This document shows, one piece after another, positions 57,701 through 64,000 of a DNA stretch of 64,000 nucleotides; positions within the stretch are counted from its first letter, which is position 1, and every line of letters starts with the position of its first letter. A program made the position numbers and the translations under genes. This stretch comes from Dehalococcoidia bacterium (GTDB lineage Bacteria; Chloroflexota; Dehalococcoidia; Lucifugimonadales; VXLM01): the NCBI GenBank assembly GCA_034423035.1, contig DAOUJF010000004.1:969-64968 (forward strand). Reading direction: 5' to 3'. A model generated the notes under the pieces. That model was not told the DNA's origin. It ran no database searches and was given only the letters and a program-made list of their open reading frames with translations.

Positions 57701-58848
57701 TGGTAACGAATCCTCGGATCGAGATAGACGTAGAGGACATCCACAATCAGGTGTGCGAGCAGCGAGAACAGACCGATAAACACTATTGCGCCCATGACCA
57801 GAGGCATATCCTCGGTGCGCACGGCTTCGAGAAGGGTCAGGCCGGTGCCGGGCCAGGAGAAGACACTCTCTACTATCACACTCCCGTCGATGGCGAAGAT
57901 GAGGCTATATATGAGACTTGTAGTGACGGGGAGCAGAGCGTTGCGGGCAGCGTGACGGTCACGAACTTGCTTTTCCGGGAGGCCCTTGGCGCGGGCGGCC
58001 ATCACGTAGTCTTCACGGATCGTTTCCAGCATGCTGTTGCGAGTGAGCAACATGGTTCCCGCGAAAGATATGAGGGTAAGCGTGACTATAGGCAGGACCA
58101 TGTGCTTGAGGATGTCCAGCGCCAGCGGGCCGATGCCGGATAGAGCCCAGGCCAGAGGAACGACCAACGCTCCAACCAGGATGATGGGAAGCGCGAAACG
58201 TCTCATGCCGACGTTGCCCGACCTTTTGAGAGCAAACAGCACCCAGAATGCGAAGACGGCAAAGGCGAGTGCGGTAATGAGCATGAGGCTGAAGACGGAG
58301 TTTGCGGTTACGTCCGAGCCACGCCACACGAGAGGATCCAGGAACTTACCCACCGGAAACCAACCTAGCCTGAAGGCAAAGACCCAGATCATCATCAGGG
58401 CGAAGGCAGGGGTGAAAACGGTGAACAGGGTGGTCCCGGAGATTGTTGCGGCGTATTCCAGGAGACCGCCGCGGCGCCACGCTATGGCCTTTCCCAGCAG
58501 GAACCCGATGTAGAAGGACGCGCCAGTGGCCGTAACGAACAGCACCAGCGTCCGTGGCAGCCGCTCCAGCAAGACCTCCATCACCGGGCGGGGGAAATGA
58601 CCGAACGATACGCCGAAGTTTCCCGTAAACGTATTCCTCATGTGTATGAGGTATTGCTGCCACAACGGTCTGTCGATGCCGAACGTCGCCCTGATCTGCT
58701 CCTTTACATCGGAGGGAAGATCTGGATTGAGGACATAGAATGAGGCATAGTCACCGGGCTGGGCCTGCACCAGCAAGAAAGTCACGGTGAGGATCAGAAA
58801 TAGCGTTAGGGCCATCTGCCACATGCGGCGGACCAGATAGCCGATCAT
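57697..58848 (-). CDS. Peptide ABC transporter permease (OppB/DppB-like)
   Basis: 383 aa. N-terminus MIGYLVRRMWQMALTLF… and …YVMAARAKGL… are typical of OppB/DppB. Confidence 0.85.
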   Translation of the reverse strand: MIGYLVRRMWQMALTLFLILTVTFLLVQAQPGDYASFYVLNPDLPSDVKEQIRATFGIDRPLWQQYLIHMRNTFTGNFGVSFGHFPRPVMEVLLERLPRTLVLFVTATGASFYIGFLLGKAIAWRRGGLLEYAATISGTTLFTVFTPAFALMMIWVFAFRLGWFPVGKFLDPLVWRGSDVTANSVFSLMLITALAFAVFAFWVLFALKRSGNVGMRRFALPIILVGALVVPLAWALSGIGPLALDILKHMVLPIVTLTLISFAGTMLLTRNSMLETIREDYVMAARAKGLPEKQVRDRHAARNALLPVTTSLIYSLIFAIDGSVIVESVFSWPGTGLTLLEAVRTEDMPLVMGAIVFIGLFSLLAHLIVDVLYVYLDPRIRYQ

Positions 58849-58897
58849 GGTTGCCAGCTCCTGTTTTCAGCGCCGGAGTGCCGACGCGACTTCAGAG

Positions 58898-60901
58898 TTA
58901 CTTGATATGGACTATCGTCGGCAGTCCTGCGGCTTCTTGAAGTCCCCCTAGGGAGTCCGTGTAGGGAAACTCGATCCGGTCGCTTCGGAATGTCTCAACT
59001 ATTGGCGTGGTGAACAGCACCACATAAGGGAGTTCGTCGGCCAGGAATTCCTGCATTCGGAAGACCTGTTGCTGCGCCCTCTCCAGGTCCGTCTCCGCAA
59101 GCAACTCGTCGGAAAGGCGGTCAAACTCCGGATTGTTGTACCCACCGGGGTTGTATCCCTCCAGGTCGGAATGCCGGCTGTGGAAGAACGATTCGAGGTA
59201 GTCAGGAAAGAGTGAGAGTCCCCATCCCAGAATCCACATGTCAAAGTCCTGTGTAGTGAACACCTTCTCGACGATGAGATTGAATCCGGTCAGGTCGGCC
59301 CTGAGGGGAATGCCCATCTCGTTCATCCAGCGCTCGATCCAGATGGCGAAGGTCGACCGTAGAGGATCGTATCCGGCGCTGGGAGCGATGAGGCTCATCT
59401 CGGGGACCGGGTCTCCATTGGGCATCTTCAATCCCTCCCCCCGCTGCTCAATGAACTTGCCGTCCTCACTGACCCGCGGCTCTTTTTCCCAGGTGAATCC
59501 CGCGCCCTTTAGCAAACTAACTGCTTCTGTTACTCGATCTCCCCTGGAGAGGCCCTGACCGATCATTGGCACGTCGGCATTATGCCACGCCTTGTTGCCT
59601 TCGGGGACCATGGTGTACACCGGTATGGCCACACCCTGAAGCACGGTCTCGGTAATGAATTCCTTGTCGATGAGCGTGGCGACGGCCTGCCGGAAACCCT
59701 TGTTGTCCATTGGCGGCCTGCGGAAATTGAATCCGAGGTATCTGACTCCGGACGACGGATTCTCAATTGTCGTCAGGCCTTCCTGACCCTGCAGCTGCTC
59801 CTGCAGTCCTTTGGACAGTCCAAGGGGATTGAGCATGAAATCGATGTCCCCCTTCTTGAGGGCAAGCACCGTGGCGTCCTGGCTGCCATAGATCGAGTAG
59901 ATGGCGCTGTTGACGTGAGGCCCTACGGTGTATTCCAGGGATTTCTGTTCACCGGGATCTCCATAGGCGGAATACTCATAGACACCCGGTTTCGATTCGG
60001 AATAGGCGCCGTTGGCAAATTGGGTGACGACGCTGTCCCTGAAGTAGAAATCGTCGTTCCTGTCCTTCTCGGCGTATGCTCCCTGCTCCCATCTGTCGAA
60101 CAGGAACCCGCCGGCGGAGGGCTCGTTTTGGGGAACATGTGCGTACAGCAGCTTTTGCTGCTCCGTGGTTCCTTCGGCCTTCTTCGCTTCGGCGACCAAC
60201 GGCTCCCAATAGGACTTCGAGAAAATTGGCATGAACGCCAAGCCGAACTGCCAGCGGGCCAAACCGGGCTTCTTCTTGAAGTAAATTCTCAGCTTGTAGG
60301 GATCGACCGCCTCCGCGTGGTCAAAGAATTCAGGGTCTACTATCGCAGGCCAGCTGCCCGTAAGTTCCAACTCGGTCGCCGTGTGAGCGGTGAATACGAA
60401 GTCCTCGGCGGTAACGTCGTTTCCGTCGCTCCACTTAACTCCCCGCTTCAGGTCTACCTCCGTGCTCCAAAGGGCCTCCTCGTCAACCGATTCTTCCTTG
60501 AGCGGCGAGGGGAAGTCCGAGGCAAGCGAAGGTATCCAGTCGAACCGCTGGTCAGAGTAAGAGTACAGCGTGGGCTTGGTGCCCGACAGGACGTACCGGT
60601 TCCAAGTCGTCCCATCCGGGCCGAGATAAGCCCAATAGTTGGTCGTTGTAAGGTCCGCGGTAATCCCGAGCTGATAGATGCGTTCCTCCTGCGGGGGACT
60701 GGTATCCATCGGTTTCGAGGGTACTGCCGTCGCTTCCCGGTTCAAGGTAGTTTCCGCAGCCGCGGGTTCGGCGGCGTCCGTAGGATCAGGCGTGGGAGTA
60801 ACGACAACCTCCCTAACCACGCATCCCACCTGAACCAGTACAACCAATATTACGAAGAGTGCAGCAGGTCGTCCGAAAGTGTACACGGTCGCTACCTCCA
60901 C
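58898..60901 (-). CDS. ABC transporter substrate-binding protein (family 5, peptide/nickel type), probable lipoprotein
   Basis: 667 aa with signal and lipobox LVQVGC, and a family-5 SBP-like core. First gene of the opp-like operon. Confidence 0.82.
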   Translation of the reverse strand: MEVATVYTFGRPAALFVILVVLVQVGCVVREVVVTPTPDPTDAAEPAAAETTLNREATAVPSKPMDTSPPQEERIYQLGITADLTTTNYWAYLGPDGTTWNRYVLSGTKPTLYSYSDQRFDWIPSLASDFPSPLKEESVDEEALWSTEVDLKRGVKWSDGNDVTAEDFVFTAHTATELELTGSWPAIVDPEFFDHAEAVDPYKLRIYFKKKPGLARWQFGLAFMPIFSKSYWEPLVAEAKKAEGTTEQQKLLYAHVPQNEPSAGGFLFDRWEQGAYAEKDRNDDFYFRDSVVTQFANGAYSESKPGVYEYSAYGDPGEQKSLEYTVGPHVNSAIYSIYGSQDATVLALKKGDIDFMLNPLGLSKGLQEQLQGQEGLTTIENPSSGVRYLGFNFRRPPMDNKGFRQAVATLIDKEFITETVLQGVAIPVYTMVPEGNKAWHNADVPMIGQGLSRGDRVTEAVSLLKGAGFTWEKEPRVSEDGKFIEQRGEGLKMPNGDPVPEMSLIAPSAGYDPLRSTFAIWIERWMNEMGIPLRADLTGFNLIVEKVFTTQDFDMWILGWGLSLFPDYLESFFHSRHSDLEGYNPGGYNNPEFDRLSDELLAETDLERAQQQVFRMQEFLADELPYVVLFTTPIVETFRSDRIEFPYTDSLGGLQEAAGLPTIVHIK

Positions 60902-61415
60902 ATGGCAGTTATTGGCGATGTTCTCAAATGAGGCGGGTTGTTCCGCTCTGCCCCGGTGAGAACTACTCTAATGATACAGCATCTCTACTCCATTCTCGAA
61001 GTCGGCGCATGACTATCGGAGCCGTGTTTATGTCCCAACCGAGGGTACTGACGGCGAAGGAGCTGGAATATGTCACGCTGTTTGCCTGGAGAGAGGGATA
61101 TTTCGAGATTGCCCAGGTCTGAGGCACTAGCATTTCGACCATTCGGAAGCCACATATCGCATATTGGCCAAATTGGGAGTGGAGTTGAAGCGGCGGACCG
61201 TTGTCTGGGCTGTGAAGAACAGCATGCTCGACAACGTGGAGGAGGCGACTTAAGTCGGCCGGCTACCTTCCAGCGAGTATAGAGTGAAGTTACTAGGGGC
61301 TAGCCAAAAATCGACGAAGAACCTTAGCGCAAGGGTCCTCGAATTTGTCCGGTTGAGTGAATTAATATTATTGTCAACTTCGGTTCTGTCTACAGTATGA
61401 CACGCCCGGAAAAAG

Positions 61416-61489
<74 letters not shown>

Positions 61490-61681
61490 ACACAAGTACG
61501 CGGCAGTAGATGTACCTGCCGCGCTATCTATTGTAGCGACGGCAGCTTCGGAGCGTCAAGGAGATTTGCCGTCGTTGAATGGGCATTGCAGGGTGGTGAT
61601 CAGAGTCATTTTGATTCGCGACGATGCAATTGGACGCACTCTGGTAGAATTCTCCGCACCAATTCGCAGAGGCGGACGACG

Positions 61682-63421
61682 ATGAATATTTATCGCCGAC
61701 ATGTTGCAGCCATGGTTGTGCCGCTGCTTGGACTACTTGCTTGTGGCGGCACCGACACAGTCACTCCAACCGCAGAGCCGGAATTGAGCTCCCCTACTCC
61801 ATTGGCGGCGACGGCTGTTCCGGCAACTGAGGTCCCGGCTGAGACGGCGACCTCCACTCCCCTTGCCGGGGCATTTGCAGACGTGACCGAATCCGCCGGG
61901 ATCAGCTTCGTGCATCGTGAGCTGCCGGGGAGGATGATGCCCATCGGAGCGGGCGTGGTGGTGTTCGACTTCAATGGCGATGGTCGAGACGACATCTATT
62001 TCTCCAATACGAACGGCGCGAACCACCTGTATGACAACCTAGGCAACGGGTCTTTCGAGGAAGTGGGGGCGACGGCGGGTGTCGACGATGCCGGCGGCGA
62101 GGGCAACGGCGGGTGTGCGGCCGACTATGACAATGACGGCGACATCGACCTGTACGTGACGAACTTCGGCCCGAGCCGGCTGTTCGACAACAGGGGGGAT
62201 GGCACGTTTGAGGACGTCACGGAGAGTTCTGGACTGGACGACGGCGAGTTGGTGCTGCGTTCAACGGGATGCGCTTGGGGTGACTACGACGGGGACGGGT
62301 TCGCTGATCTCGTGGTAACCCGGCACCTGAACGAGTTCAACCCCGAACTACTGATGAAGAAGGACTTCTACGGATCAGTCGGCGGGATGTCGCTGTTCCA
62401 TAACGTGGACGGAGAGGGGTTCGAGGAGACGACCTCACTGCTGGGTGATACGTCGGGGCCAGCGGCCGGCCTGGACGTGCTGTACGGGAACATTTGGGGG
62501 GCGGGATTCCAGCCTTCGTGGTTGGACTACGACGACGACGGGGACGTCGATCTGCTTGTGATCAACGACTTTGGGCAGGACATTCAGCCGAACGTGCTTT
62601 GGCGCAACGACGGTTCGGACGGCAGCGGCGGCTGGATGTTCACCGACGTTTCGATTGCCACGGGCATCGACGTGCCGATGTACGGGATGGGCCTTGCCGT
62701 CGGGGACCCGAACGGCGACGGTCTCGTCGATCTGTTTGTTACAAACATCAAGAACAACGTGCTCTTTTCGAGGGAGGCGACCACTCCGACCTTCCACGAC
62801 ATTGCAGATGAAACCAAGGCGACGGTCGGGATGATCGAGAACCTCCTCCGTGTCGCATGGGGGACGATGTTCTTCGACTACGACAACGACACGGACGAGG
62901 ACCTGTATGTGGTGAGCGGGTACCTGGGCGGCGATCCCGACGTGATACCGGCCAATCCACTTGAACAGCCGAACGTGCTCTTACGCAACGATGGCGCCGG
63001 AACATTCGAGGACGTATCCGACGGGTCGGGAGCGGATGATCCGGGCATAGGACGTGGGAGCGCATACCTGGATTATGACGGGGACGGATGTCTCGACGTG
63101 GTAGTGGGGAACTTCGGGCAGGCGGCACGGCTGTTCAGGAATGAGTGTTCGGAGGGGAAGCACTGGCTCAGGGTACACCTTCAAGGCGGGGCGAGCGGGA
63201 CCGACGGTCTCGGGGCCAAGGTGGAGGTGACGGCGGGTGGAAAGACGCAGGTGCGCAAGGTCGTAGGCGGGGGGAGCTTCATGGGGCAGAACATGCTCGA
63301 CTCCCACTTTGGGCTGGGAGATGTGGACGTGATCGACTCCGTGACGGTGCACTGGCCGAGTGGGAAGATGGAGCAGCGCGCGGATGTCGAGGCTGACCGG
63401 ACGATTACGTTTGTGGAGTAG
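61682..63421 (+). CDS. CRTAC1-family protein (FG-GAP/VCBS repeats plus ASPIC/UnbV domain), probable lipoprotein
   Basis: Start at MNIYRRHVAAMVVPLLGLLACGG. Repeated D-x-(D/N)-G-D-G-x-x-D motifs and a C-terminal …HWLRVHLQG…GLGAKVEV… UnbV/ASPIC signature. Confidence 0.8.
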   Translation: MNIYRRHVAAMVVPLLGLLACGGTDTVTPTAEPELSSPTPLAATAVPATEVPAETATSTPLAGAFADVTESAGISFVHRELPGRMMPIGAGVVVFDFNGDGRDDIYFSNTNGANHLYDNLGNGSFEEVGATAGVDDAGGEGNGGCAADYDNDGDIDLYVTNFGPSRLFDNRGDGTFEDVTESSGLDDGELVLRSTGCAWGDYDGDGFADLVVTRHLNEFNPELLMKKDFYGSVGGMSLFHNVDGEGFEETTSLLGDTSGPAAGLDVLYGNIWGAGFQPSWLDYDDDGDVDLLVINDFGQDIQPNVLWRNDGSDGSGGWMFTDVSIATGIDVPMYGMGLAVGDPNGDGLVDLFVTNIKNNVLFSREATTPTFHDIADETKATVGMIENLLRVAWGTMFFDYDNDTDEDLYVVSGYLGGDPDVIPANPLEQPNVLLRNDGAGTFEDVSDGSGADDPGIGRGSAYLDYDGDGCLDVVVGNFGQAARLFRNECSEGKHWLRVHLQGGASGTDGLGAKVEVTAGGKTQVRKVVGGGSFMGQNMLDSHFGLGDVDVIDSVTVHWPSGKMEQRADVEADRTITFVE

Positions 63422-63546
63422 TGGGCGGGTGACTGGTCTTGGGGGGCTTGGGCCGGAGACTGTTGGGTAGGGTTCATGGTTCGACAGGCTCACCACGAAC
63501 GGGTTGGGTTGACCTCTTGGATACTTCGATTGGAAAAGGTGCGTGT

Positions 63547-64000
63547 ATGGGTAAGAGTGAGTTCGTGGGTGTGGACGGGTGTCGATCCGGGTGGTTCAGT
63601 GTGGGCTTCGACTCTCAAGGCTGCTATGAGTTGAAGGTGTTTCCGGCGTTCAGCGAGCTTCTTGACTACTACAGGGATGCCAAGATCGTGCTGGTGGATA
63701 TTCCGATAGGGTTGATGGAGGGGCCGGGAGGGCGAGAGTGTGATCAAGAAGCCCGGAAGCTGCTCAAGAGAAGAAGCTCTAGCGTGTTTACTGCGCCTAC
63801 GCGGCAAACGGTTGAACAGGTGGCAAAGTCGTCTGAGGACAAAAGGAAGGCAGCCTATGGTGCAGCCAACGAGAATGAGCGACGAATCGCCAATAGGGGA
63901 ATCAGTTGGCAGGCTTTCGAAATAGCGAAGAAGATGCACGAAGTCGAGGAATTGCTGAAGCGTCGCAATCCGAACGCTACACCCAAGGTTAGAGAAGTCC
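63547..64000 (+). CDS. DUF429-family (predicted RNase H-like) protein, 3'-truncated by the window end
   Basis: Hand-translated open frame with no stop before the window end, so it is absent from the ORF track: MGKSEFVGVDGCRSGWFSVGF…VDIPIGL…RECDQEARKLLKRRSSSVFTAPTR…. Confidence 0.55.
   Translation, partial: MGKSEFVGVDGCRSGWFSVGFDSQGCYELKVFPAFSELLDYYRDAKIVLVDIPIGLMEGPGGRECDQEARKLLKRRSSSVFTAPTRQTVEQVAKSSEDKRKAAYGAANENERRIANRGISWQAFEIAKKMHEVEELLKRRNPNATPKVREV

Noticed and set aside
59582-60931. 449-aa + strand ORF
   Set aside because: It is antisense to the family-5 substrate-binding protein gene. It is Arg/Gly/Leu-rich and has no recognisable motifs.
63490-63939. 149-aa - strand ORF
   Set aside because: The opposite strand carries an open DUF429-like frame with conserved N-terminal motifs that runs to the window end. 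The - strand ORF has no recognisable features.

Overview
GC-rich bacterial chromosomal window. Gene content (acVLRF1-type release-factor homolog, LLM and TPP enzymes) loosely suggests Chloroflexota or Actinomycetota; this is a low-confidence inference. The left ~13.5 kb is a complete type I-E CRISPR-Cas locus on the minus strand. It has at least 68 identical repeats (the array runs off the left edge), a 51-bp leader, then cas2-cas1-cas6e-cas5-cas7-cse2-cas8e and cas3. The strongest finding is in the cas3/cas8e intergenic region. On the opposite strand lies a degenerate 'mini-CRISPR': two repeat-derived units flanking a 21-nt insert. It keeps exactly the parts of the repeat that survive Cas6e processing, including two compensatory hairpin substitutions. 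It abuts a near-consensus sigma70 promoter and an untracked 59-codon ORF with a strong Shine-Dalgarno site just upstream of cas8e. Together these look like a crRNA-like regulator or addiction element (CreR/CreA-like). I found no target for it. Beyond cas3 lie a stand-alone DEDDh (DnaQ-like) exonuclease, a recombinase remnant, a RelE/ParE toxin-antitoxin pair and a tyrosine integrase next to tRNA-Trp, which is a genomic-island signature. The remaining ~47 kb is mostly housekeeping and metabolism: tgt, alaS, ruvX, aroE, aroK-aroB, pabB, metV/metF-type MTHFR, rpiB, mtaB, an ABC-2 exporter, an Opp/Dpp-type peptide ABC importer, TPP enzymes and an LLM oxidoreductase. Four other items stand out. Three copies of a ~125-160 bp MITE-like element have ~22-bp terminal inverted repeats. 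A 1297-aa secreted protein combines S8/kexin-like protease, P-domain, FN3 and plant-type LRR modules. There is an acVLRF1 peptidyl-tRNA hydrolase homolog. A phased 3x10-bp TGTAACA repeat lies upstream of alaS. All protein family calls come from reading motifs in the supplied translations; no database search was run.
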